Assembly: GCA_964608075.1 (NCBI GenBank)
Contig: CAZSMG010000003.1
Location: forward strand, 1 to 54,389
Reading direction: 5' to 3'
Source: an uncultured Clostridium sp.
GTDB taxonomy: Bacteria; Bacillota; Clostridia; TANB77; CAG-508
DNA: 54,389 bases
The translations under genes and the position numbers were made by a program. The notes under the pieces were generated by a model, which saw nothing but the letters and a program-made list of their open reading frames with translations, was not told where the DNA came from and made no database searches. Of this stretch, positions 9,950-17,747 are shown piece after piece (position 1 is the first letter of the stretch; every line of letters begins with the position of its first letter).

Positions 9950-9967
9950 AAATATACTAAAAAGTCA

Positions 9968-9996
9968 TTGTGAAAAATTGGAAAATAAAGTAAAAT
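9968..9996 (+). promoter_or_regulatory. promoter of small-peptide (toxin-like) transcript 1 (TTGTGA-17-TAAAAT)
   Basis: -35 and -10 hexamers with a 17-nt spacer, immediately upstream of the conserved leader. Confidence 0.55.
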
Positions 9997-10006
9997 AAAT
10001 ACATCC

Positions 10007-10025
10007 TTTTCAAAGGAAATCTTTG
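10007..10025 (+). repeat. conserved 19-nt leader TTTTCAAAGGAAATCTTTG, copy 1
   Basis: Identical to 25431-25449. Contains a CAAAG-GAAAT-CTTTG hairpin. The adjacent TCCTTT (10004-10009) is complementary to the SD region AAAGGA (10028-10033). Confidence 0.8.
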
Positions 10026-10043
10026 GGAAAGGAGGTACATAAA

Positions 10044-10130
10044 ATGTCATCTTTTGACTTAATTTGGCGTTTAATTGTTTTGCTACTATTAAGTATCAAG
10101 AATAATGATGACCGGAACAATGAAGACTAG
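10044..10130 (+). CDS. 28-aa hydrophobic peptide, candidate type I toxin (MSSFDLIWRLIVLLLLSIKNNDDRNNED)
   Basis: Strong SD GGAAAGGAGGT 7 nt upstream of the ATG. One TM-length hydrophobic stretch plus an acidic tail. Has its own promoter and terminator. Below the ORF-track cutoff. Confidence 0.65.
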   Translation: MSSFDLIWRLIVLLLLSIKNNDDRNNED

Positions 10131-10144
10131 AAACTAGTCTTAGT

Positions 10145-10176
10145 CTAGGTAGTCTGCCAACTGCCTAGATTTTTTT
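10145..10176 (+). terminator. rho-independent terminator of peptide transcript 1
   Basis: CTAGGTAG-tctgccaa-CTGCCTAG stem (one G-U pair) followed by T7. A GACTAG-AAA-CTAGTC hairpin precedes it at 10125-10139. Confidence 0.75.
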
Positions 10177-10180
10177 ACGC

Positions 10181-10251
10181 AAAAAAAAAGATATAGACTG
10201 CCATCTATACCTTTGTACATAATTGTCATCTCTTTGACTTTTGCTTAAGCT
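10181..10251 (-). ncRNA. candidate antisense sRNA (antitoxin RNA 1), about 70 nt; ends approximate
   Basis: Minus-strand consensus promoter at 10258-10286. Minus-strand hairpin TATAGA-tggcag-TCTATA followed by a U-run (complement of A9 at 10181-10189). Carries the complement of 10224-10240, which matches the peptide's start-codon region. Confidence 0.55.
10224..10240 (+). repeat. direct repeat of the peptide-1 translation initiation region
   Basis: TGTCATCTCTTTGACTT matches TGTCATCTTTTGACTT at 10045-10060 (16 nt identical, one inserted C). Confidence 0.85.
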
Positions 10252-10257
10252 AAATAT

Positions 10258-10286
10258 AGTATACTATATTTTTTAGTATATGTCAA
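10258..10286 (-). promoter_or_regulatory. minus-strand sigma-A promoter (TTGACA-17-TATACT) driving sRNA 1
   Basis: Reverse complement reads TTGACAtatactaaaaaatatagTATACT. A near-identical element recurs at 27358-27385. Confidence 0.7.
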
Positions 10287-10373
10287 ATTTTTACTAAAAA
10301 TTCATATATAAAAAATATTACTGAAAATATTCAAAAATACTATGGAAAAGTATGTCAAAAAAGCCCAAAAATA

Positions 10374-10402
10374 TTGACAAATAACACATAAAAAACTATA
10401 AT
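10374..10402 (+). promoter_or_regulatory. consensus sigma-A promoter (TTGACA-17-TATAAT) for the dlt-like operon
   Basis: Perfect hexamers, 52 nt upstream of the ATG at 10454. Confidence 0.7.
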
Positions 10403-10453
10403 TAAAAAGGTTGTTGCAAGATAAAAGTATAATTTGTGAAAATAGGAGGAAAA

Positions 10454-11962
10454 ATGAAAAGAACTATATTAGAAATTTTAGAGGAAACAGCTAATAAATT
10501 TCCAGATAAAGTAATTTATGAAGATATTAATCGTGAAATAACATACAAAGATTATATTAAAAATTGTAAAAAAATAGGAAGTGCATTAGCAGAGAAAATA
10601 CAAGACATAAATAAACCAATAGCAATATATATAGATCGTTCTGTTACATGCTTAGAAACAATGATGGGTGTAACATATAGTGGAAATTATTTTGCAGTTT
10701 TAGATATAAAATCACCTAAAGAGAGAAATAATTTAATAATAAATACATTACCAGATATTTCAATCATTGTAGAAAAGAAAAATATTGAAAAACTTAAAGA
10801 CTTAGACTTTAAAGGAAAAATATACATATATGAAGAATTAATAGAAAATAAAATTGACGAAGAAAGATTAACTCAAATAAGAAATAAAATAATTGATACA
10901 GATCCAATGTATGCACAATTTACATCAGGATCAACAGGTGTTCCTAAAGGAATAATAATATGCCATCGTTCTGTAATGGCATATGCTTACAATATAAAAG
11001 AAACATTTAAAATAGATGAACATACTAAATTTGGTAATGAACCACCATTTTATTTCAGTATGTCAACATTAGAAATATATACAACAATGATTAGTGGAGC
11101 AACAATGGTAATTATACCTAAAATGTATTTTTCATTTCCAATTAAATTGTTAGAATTTTTAAAAGAAAAGAAAATTAATACAATATATTGGGTACCATCT
11201 GTTCTTTGTATTGTTGCTAATATGAAAGCATTAGATGAAATGGAATTACCAGATTTAAAAAAAGTAATGTTTGCTGGAGAAGTAATGCCAGTAAAACAAT
11301 TAAATATATGGATAGAACACTTACCAAATGCAATGTTTGCAAACTTATGTGGGCCAACAGAAATAACAGATATATGTACATATTATATTGTTGATAGAAA
11401 ATTTGATAATTCAGAAAGTCTTCCAATAGGTAAAGCATGTTACAATTGTGATGTATTAATAATAAAAGAAGATGGAACTAAAGCAAAAGTAGGAGAAGAA
11501 GGAGAACTTTGCGTAAGAGGTTCATTCTTAGCATTAGGTTATTATAATAATCCAGAAAAAACAAGCCAAGCATTTATACAAAATCCATTAAATACTGCAT
11601 ATCCTGAAATAATATATAAAACAGGTGATATTGTAAAAGAAAATGAAAGAGGAGAAATAATTTATCTTTCTAGAAAAGATTTTCAAATAAAACATATGGG
11701 ATATAGAATAGAATTAGGAGAAATAGAAAATGCAATTAATAATATAGAAGGAATTATATCATGTGCATGTGTATATGATACTGAAAACAAAAAGATTGTT
11801 TTATATTATCAAGGGAAAGATCTTTCAGAAAAAGAATTGTTATCACAAGCAAAAACAAAATTGCCAAATTATATGTGTCCTAACGAAATACATAAATTGG
11901 ATCAAATGATTTATAATGCAAATGGAAAAATTGACAAAAATAAATTAAAATCAATAAATTAA
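10454..11962 (+). CDS. amino-acid adenylation enzyme, DltA-like (D-alanine--carrier protein ligase family)
   Basis: ATG at 10454 follows AGGAGGA. ANL-superfamily core motifs: FTSGSTGVPKG, GELCVRGSFLALGYY, YKTGD, FQIKHMGYRIELGEIE, NGKIDKNKL. About 500 aa, a stand-alone A domain like DltA. Confidence 0.75.
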   Translation: MKRTILEILEETANKFPDKVIYEDINREITYKDYIKNCKKIGSALAEKIQDINKPIAIYIDRSVTCLETMMGVTYSGNYFAVLDIKSPKERNNLIINTLPDISIIVEKKNIEKLKDLDFKGKIYIYEELIENKIDEERLTQIRNKIIDTDPMYAQFTSGSTGVPKGIIICHRSVMAYAYNIKETFKIDEHTKFGNEPPFYFSMSTLEIYTTMISGATMVIIPKMYFSFPIKLLEFLKEKKINTIYWVPSVLCIVANMKALDEMELPDLKKVMFAGEVMPVKQLNIWIEHLPNAMFANLCGPTEITDICTYYIVDRKFDNSESLPIGKACYNCDVLIIKEDGTKAKVGEEGELCVRGSFLALGYYNNPEKTSQAFIQNPLNTAYPEIIYKTGDIVKENERGEIIYLSRKDFQIKHMGYRIELGEIENAINNIEGIISCACVYDTENKKIVLYYQGKDLSEKELLSQAKTKLPNYMCPNEIHKLDQMIYNANGKIDKNKLKSIN

Positions 11963-11982
11963 AATATATGGGGGTAAAAATT

Positions 11983-12210
11983 ATGGAGAAATTATTAGAA
12001 ATATTAAAAGGAATTAAACCAGAAGTTGACTTTGAAGGTAATGAACATTTAATTGATAATGAAGAATTAGACTCTTTATCAATAGTAGAAGTCGTATCAG
12101 CAATTGATGATGAATTTGATGTAGAAATAGGTGTAACAGATATTATACCAGAAAACTTTAATTCAGTAGAAGCAATTTGGAATTTAATTCAAAAATTATT
12201 AGATGAATAA
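11983..12210 (+). CDS. acyl/D-alanyl carrier protein (DltC-like)
   Basis: 75 aa, acidic, with phosphopantetheine-attachment Ser in ELDSLSIVE. ATG at 11983 follows GGGGGT. Confidence 0.75.
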   Translation: MEKLLEILKGIKPEVDFEGNEHLIDNEELDSLSIVEVVSAIDDEFDVEIGVTDIIPENFNSVEAIWNLIQKLLDE

Positions 12211-12244
12211 TTAACTAAAAATAAATAGAAAAAAGGGGATAAAA

Positions 12245-13837
12245 ATGACAATAAATTCATTAAGCTTTATAGCTTTTGTAGCAATAGTTGCTATCATTTA
12301 TTTTATTTTCCCTAAAAAAGCTAGATGGGTAGTTTTATTAGTTGCAAACTATGTATTCTATTCAATTTGTAGCAATTGGCTAATTATTTATATGTTAGTA
12401 ACAACACTATCAATATATTTAGTTGCACTAAAAATGGGAAAAATAGATGTTAAAACAAAAGAAATAGTAAAAAAAGAAGAAAATAGAGAAAAGAAAAAAG
12501 AGATAAAAAATAAAGCAAAGACAAAGAAAAAATGGCTAGTTGCAATAGCTGTAATTATAAACTTTGGAATTTTAATTTATTTAAAATACTCTAATTTCTT
12601 ATCTGAAAATATAAATGGATTATTTAATATAGTAAAAATACCAATAGAAATACCATTTAGACAAATATTGCTTCCACTTGGAATATCTTATTATACATTA
12701 CAAGCAATTAGCTATGTTATAGATGTATATCGTGGAAAATATTTACCAGAAAAACATTTAGGTAAATTAGCATTATTTGTATCATTCTTTCCACAAATGG
12801 TCGAAGGACCAATTGGCAGATATGATGAATTAGGACACCAATTATATGAGCCACATAAATTTGAATATACAAGAGTAAAATTTGGAATTCAATTAATGCT
12901 GTGGGGATATTTTAAAAAGATGGTAATAGCAGATAGAGCAGGATTATTTGTTAATGAGGTATTTGCAAATTATAGTCAATATTTAGGAATACCAATATTC
13001 TTTGCAGCAGCTTTATATACTATTCAAATATATGCGGAATTTTCAGGATGTATTGATATAGTAAGAGGTGTAGCACAAATACTTGGTATAAATATGGCAG
13101 AAAACTTTAAAAGACCATTTTTCTCAAAATCAGTTCAAGAGTTTTGGAGAAGATGGCATATAACACTTGGAACATGGTTTAAAGACTACATATTTTATTC
13201 AGTATCTTTTTCAAAATTAACACAAAACATTACAACATTTGCTAAAAAAGTATTTAAGACAAGTTATATTGCTAAACTTATACCAGCAATATTTGCACTA
13301 TTTTTTGTATGGTTTGGAAATGGTATTTGGCATGGAGCAAGCTGGAAATACATTTGTTATGGAATGTATTATTATGTAATAATGGTATTAGGAATGGTAT
13401 TTGAACCATTAATGAATAAAATATTAAAATTATTAAAAATAAACAAAGAAACATTTAGCTATAGTTTTATGCAAATGGTAAGAACAACATTATTTGTAAT
13501 AATAGGAATGCTATTATTTAGATCTCCAGATTTAAATATTTTTGGACAAATGTTTACAGGAATATTTACAAGAGAACATTTAGAAATGTTATCAAATGGA
13601 AAAATATTTGAAATAGGATTAACGCAAGCTGATTTTGTTGTAATAGTAATTGGTGTAATAATAATGTTTGTAGTAGGTATTTTGCAAGAGCAAGGACATA
13701 AATTAAGAGAAGATATTTCAAAACAAAATCTGCCTTTTAGATGGATATTATATTATTCTATAATATTTGCAATTATTATATTTGGAATATATGGACCAGG
13801 CTATGTAGCAACAGACTTTATATATGGTCAATTTTAG
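12245..13837 (+). CDS. MBOAT family O-acyltransferase (DltB/AlgI-like)
   Basis: Polytopic membrane protein. MBOAT signature: FWRRWHITLGTWFKDYIFY with catalytic His, and WHGASW. Confidence 0.85.
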   Translation: MTINSLSFIAFVAIVAIIYFIFPKKARWVVLLVANYVFYSICSNWLIIYMLVTTLSIYLVALKMGKIDVKTKEIVKKEENREKKKEIKNKAKTKKKWLVAIAVIINFGILIYLKYSNFLSENINGLFNIVKIPIEIPFRQILLPLGISYYTLQAISYVIDVYRGKYLPEKHLGKLALFVSFFPQMVEGPIGRYDELGHQLYEPHKFEYTRVKFGIQLMLWGYFKKMVIADRAGLFVNEVFANYSQYLGIPIFFAAALYTIQIYAEFSGCIDIVRGVAQILGINMAENFKRPFFSKSVQEFWRRWHITLGTWFKDYIFYSVSFSKLTQNITTFAKKVFKTSYIAKLIPAIFALFFVWFGNGIWHGASWKYICYGMYYYVIMVLGMVFEPLMNKILKLLKINKETFSYSFMQMVRTTLFVIIGMLLFRSPDLNIFGQMFTGIFTREHLEMLSNGKIFEIGLTQADFVVIVIGVIIMFVVGILQEQGHKLREDISKQNLPFRWILYYSIIFAIIIFGIYGPGYVATDFIYGQF

Positions 13838-13848
13838 GGGAGTTAAAA

Positions 13849-15003
13849 ATGGAAAACGAAAATAAAGATACAATAAATAAACCAAATAATATAAATGGCG
13901 AAAGCATTGGGGGAGTACACACACACACACACACACACAAGCATATTTATCAAAGTTCCGGAAGAGTAATAAAATGTATAATATTTTTTATAATAGGATT
14001 ATTTATATTTGGGAAATTAACACATATATTTGTTCCAAAATGGGTATTTCAAACAGATCCTGCTACTCCAAGAATAAAAGGATTTTATTCAGAAGAATCT
14101 AATACGATGGATGTTTTAGTAATAGGATCTAGTGGAATAGGTAGAGGATATTCACCTGTTACTGTTTGGAATAAATATGGAATTACTAGTTATAACTTAG
14201 GAACTGCATATCAAACAATGCCTTGTGCTTATTATTTACTAAAAGAAGCTTTAAAATATCAAAATCCTAAAGTTGTTGTTTTAGATATGGATGCTACTTT
14301 TATTGATTATAAAACCCCAGAAGAAACATATAGAAAATTATTTGATAATATGAAACTTGATAATATTAAATTAGAAGCTATTAATGATAGAAATATAGGT
14401 ATAGATGATAAATTATCATATGTTTTTCCATTATTAAGATTTCACTCAAGATGGAATAAATTAGAAGAAAATGATTTTAAAAAGTCACTAAAATCAGAAT
14501 ATAATAAAGTTTCATATAAAGGTATGTCAATGAACATAGATGTTAAACCATATATAGATAATAAAAAGTATATGGAAGATAAAGGAGAGAAAGCTGAAAT
14601 TTTAGAAAAAAATCTTAATTATATTGTTAAGATAATTGATTTATGCGAAAAAAATAATATAAAATTACTAATGACAGAATTACCATCTCCAAATTCATGG
14701 TCATTAGCTAGAAGTAAATCTACTACAGAACTTGCAAATAAATATAAAATAGAATTTATAGATTTTAATTTGCCCCAAATGCAAGAAAAATTGAAACTTG
14801 ATTGGAAAAAACATACTCATGATAAAGGTTCTCATTTAAATGTAGCTGGTGCAGAAATAGTTTCTAAGTACATAGGTAAGGTTTTATCTGAAAAATATAA
14901 TTGTGAAAATCATAAAGAAGATAAAGAAATTTCAACTAAATGGAAAAAAGAAGTTAAAAGATATGAGCATAACAAAGTAAAATTAAAAAATGATTTAAAA
15001 TAA
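13849..15003 (+). CDS. membrane-anchored SGNH/DltD-like protein; carries an in-frame (AC)11 tract
   Basis: ATG at 13849 follows AGGGGAG; the track's longer ORF overlaps the MBOAT gene. N-terminal tail plus one TM helix. VLVIGSSG (GxS block) and DKGSHLNVAGAE (Asp/His block). Occupies the fourth position of the dlt-like operon. Confidence 0.6.
   Translation: MENENKDTINKPNNINGESIGGVHTHTHTHKHIYQSSGRVIKCIIFFIIGLFIFGKLTHIFVPKWVFQTDPATPRIKGFYSEESNTMDVLVIGSSGIGRGYSPVTVWNKYGITSYNLGTAYQTMPCAYYLLKEALKYQNPKVVVLDMDATFIDYKTPEETYRKLFDNMKLDNIKLEAINDRNIGIDDKLSYVFPLLRFHSRWNKLEENDFKKSLKSEYNKVSYKGMSMNIDVKPYIDNKKYMEDKGEKAEILEKNLNYIVKIIDLCEKNNIKLLMTELPSPNSWSLARSKSTTELANKYKIEFIDFNLPQMQEKLKLDWKKHTHDKGSHLNVAGAEIVSKYIGKVLSEKYNCENHKEDKEISTKWKKEVKRYEHNKVKLKNDLK
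13917..13938 (+). repeat. (AC)11 dinucleotide simple-sequence repeat inside coding sequence
   Basis: ACACACACACACACACACACAC encodes HTHTHTH at codons 23-30 of the DltD-like gene. Confidence 0.95.
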
Positions 15004-15045
15004 ATATATATATATATAATTATATATAATAAGGAGGAATTAATA

Positions 15046-17712
15046 TTGCTAAGTGATAATGAATATAAATATAAATTTAGTATTATAATGTCTATTTATA
15101 ATGTAGAAGAATATTTAAGAGAAGCTGTAGATAGTATAATAAATCAAAATATAGGTTTTGAAGAAAATGTACAATTAATATTGGTAAATGATGGAAGCCC
15201 AGATAATTCAGAAGAAATATGTTTAGAATATAAAGAAAAATATCCTAACAATGTTGTATATGTGAAAAAGGAAAATGGAGGATTATCTTCAGCAAAAAAT
15301 TATGGATTAAAATATAGAGAGGGTCAATATGTAAATTTCTTTGATCCAGATGATATATTACCTCCTAAAGTATTAAAAGAAGTTGAAAAATTTTTCAATA
15401 AGAATAATAATATCATATCTATGGTTGGTATTCCTTTAGTATTTTTTGAAGCTAGAACAGGACTACATCCTAAATATAAATATATGGGAAATAAAAATAG
15501 AATAATAAATTTAGATATAGAGCCATACAACTTTATTTTGTCATCTGCAAGTGTTTTTTATAAGACAGAAGTATTTAATGAAGTTCAATTTGATGAAGAA
15601 ATGGTAGGAGAAGAAGACACAAAATTAAATTTTAGAATTTATGAAAAAGATCATTGTTTTGGATATGTATGTGAAAAAGGTGTTAGATATAATTACAGAA
15701 AAAGAGTAGAAGGAGGATCTATTGTTGATAAGTCATCGACTAATAAGGCTAATTTTTATAGTGTAATTAGATTATTAGATGAAGTCATAGAAAATAATGA
15801 TGAAAATAATATTCCAAATTATAAGAAAGAATTAATTATTTATGAAACAAGATCTAGATTAAAATCTCTAGATGAGAAAATGTTTGAAAAAGAGGAATAT
15901 GAATATATAATAAGTAAATATAGAGAATATGTAAATTTAGTAGGAGATGCTTATTTAGCAACAAGTTCAAGATGGCTTCCAGATTTGCAAGGAAAATATT
16001 TTTATTTATGCAATTTCTTACAAAACAATCAAACATTTAAAATATCTGATAACGGATTTATAAGGTATAAAGATTTTAATTTATCACCTGTAAATCAAAT
16101 GAGACTATTAATTCAAAATATTAAATTTACTAAAAAAAATATAGTTATTGATTTGTTTTTTTGGGATTATAATATAGAAAATTTAGAGTTAATTGTTAAA
16201 ACATCAGATGGAAAAATAAGAGAGTTTTGCAATATAGATAGAGTTGATTCATTAGGATATAATATTAAATATGGAAATAATATAGTCTCTAATGTAATTC
16301 ATTATAAATTAAAATTAAAACATAAAAGACAAGCAATATCTTTTTATATAAGAAATAAAGACAATAATGTTGAATACAGAGTTGAAAATATCGATATCAA
16401 CAAATATAACAAATTAATTTTAAAAAATAAAGAAATTAGAATTTTTTATAATGATTATAATATTAAATTTAAAAATAATGAAATTACAATAAAAAAATTC
16501 AAATATCCTTCACTAAAGTATAGCTATCATACATATTTGTGTATAAAGAAAGAATATAAATATAAAGCATTTTATAGATTATTAAATAGAAGAAAAAAGA
16601 AATATATATTAATAAATGATAGACCAGAAAAAGCTGGAGATAATGGAGAAGCAATATTTAAATATATAAATAAAAATGAAAACGAATTAGCTAAAAACAC
16701 ATATTTTGTAATTTCAAAAAAGTGTAAGGATTATAAGAGATTAAAAAAATATGGAAACGTTGTAGCATTGAATAGTATAAAACACAAACTATTATTCTTA
16801 AATTGTAAATTAATAATGTCTTCACATATGCATATACCATTTTATAGTGCATTTGAAAACAAAGACTTAAAATTTTATAGAGATATGTTAAATTATAAAT
16901 TTGTTTGGTTACAACATGGTATAACTCAAAATGATATTAGTTCTGCTGCTAATAAATATGCAAAAGGTATAGATTATGTAGTATTAGCAACAAAAGCAGA
17001 AAAAGAAGAGTTTGGAAAAAGTAAATATTTTTATAATGAAAAAGATTTAATTTTATCAGGATTTTCAAGATATGATAATTTAAAAGATGATAGTAAAAAT
17101 ATTATAACTATAGCACCAACTTGGAGATCATATTTGTCTGGAGAAATAGAAAGTGATGGTTTCCATGCTATAAAAGATGGATTTGAAGAAAGCCAATATT
17201 ATTGTAAATATACAAATATTTTAAAAAATGAAGATTTATTAAATATTTTAAGAAACAAAGGAATAAAAATTAATTTTGTGTTACATCCTGGAATGGCTGG
17301 ATATGAAGAGATGTTTAGAAAATATGAAAATGACGTTGTTAATATAATAAGTGCTCATAAAGTTAATTATTCTAAAGTATTTGCAGAGTCAAATTTATTA
17401 ATAACAGATTATTCTAGTGTATTTTTTGATTTTGCATATTTAAAGAAACCAATTATATATTATCAATTTGATAAAGAACGATTTTTTACAGAACATTATA
17501 AAAGTGGATATTTTCATTATGATGAAGATGGCTTTGGAGATGTTATAGAAGAAGAAAACGAAATATTTGATAAAATATTATATTATATTAATAATGGATT
17601 TAAAATTGAAGATAAATATCTAAATAGAATAAATTCTACATTTATATATACAGATAGAAATAATTGCAGAAGATTAATAGAATATTTAAAAGATAAAAAT
17701 GTAATAAAATAG
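15046..17712 (+). CDS. bifunctional GT2 glycosyltransferase / CDP-glycerol glycerophosphotransferase (TagF-like) fusion
   Basis: TTG start 7 nt after AAGGAGGA. The N-terminal GT2 (FSIIMSIYNVEEY, VNDGSPD, FFDPDD) requires this start. C-terminal TagF motifs: WLQHGITQND, IAPTWRS, LITDYSSVFFDFAYLKKPIIYYQFD. Confidence 0.8.
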   Translation: MLSDNEYKYKFSIIMSIYNVEEYLREAVDSIINQNIGFEENVQLILVNDGSPDNSEEICLEYKEKYPNNVVYVKKENGGLSSAKNYGLKYREGQYVNFFDPDDILPPKVLKEVEKFFNKNNNIISMVGIPLVFFEARTGLHPKYKYMGNKNRIINLDIEPYNFILSSASVFYKTEVFNEVQFDEEMVGEEDTKLNFRIYEKDHCFGYVCEKGVRYNYRKRVEGGSIVDKSSTNKANFYSVIRLLDEVIENNDENNIPNYKKELIIYETRSRLKSLDEKMFEKEEYEYIISKYREYVNLVGDAYLATSSRWLPDLQGKYFYLCNFLQNNQTFKISDNGFIRYKDFNLSPVNQMRLLIQNIKFTKKNIVIDLFFWDYNIENLELIVKTSDGKIREFCNIDRVDSLGYNIKYGNNIVSNVIHYKLKLKHKRQAISFYIRNKDNNVEYRVENIDINKYNKLILKNKEIRIFYNDYNIKFKNNEITIKKFKYPSLKYSYHTYLCIKKEYKYKAFYRLLNRRKKKYILINDRPEKAGDNGEAIFKYINKNENELAKNTYFVISKKCKDYKRLKKYGNVVALNSIKHKLLFLNCKLIMSSHMHIPFYSAFENKDLKFYRDMLNYKFVWLQHGITQNDISSAANKYAKGIDYVVLATKAEKEEFGKSKYFYNEKDLILSGFSRYDNLKDDSKNIITIAPTWRSYLSGEIESDGFHAIKDGFEESQYYCKYTNILKNEDLLNILRNKGIKINFVLHPGMAGYEEMFRKYENDVVNIISAHKVNYSKVFAESNLLITDYSSVFFDFAYLKKPIIYYQFDKERFFTEHYKSGYFHYDEDGFGDVIEEENEIFDKILYYINNGFKIEDKYLNRINSTFIYTDRNNCRRLIEYLKDKNVIK

Positions 17713-17747
17713 ATTATTATAAAATTAAAACAAGAAAGGTGATATAT

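Noticed and set aside
10044-10130. Reading the 28-aa ORF as DltX, the small membrane protein that heads canonical dlt operons.
   Set aside because: Its own strong terminator, a convergent promoter and a separate consensus promoter separate it from the dltA-like gene. A paralogous module also occurs at 25.4 kb, away from any dlt gene. A trans role in acylation cannot be strictly excluded.
13741-13848. N-terminal extensions of track ORFs, where the longest ORF starts upstream: 1398, 3879, 7784, 10436, 11968, 13741, 17739, 19163, 23568, 25374, 26213, 32699, 38076, 40925, 43432, 52933.
   Set aside because: In each case an internal ATG sits 5-9 nt after a good Shine-Dalgarno sequence. The extension either overlaps the preceding gene or would add residues in front of a conserved N-terminal motif or signal peptide.
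15004-15018. (AT)7 run in the 42-nt spacer between the DltD-like gene and the GT2-TagF gene.
   Set aside because: Short AT dinucleotide runs are expected by composition here. No promoter hexamers flank it whose spacing it could modulate.
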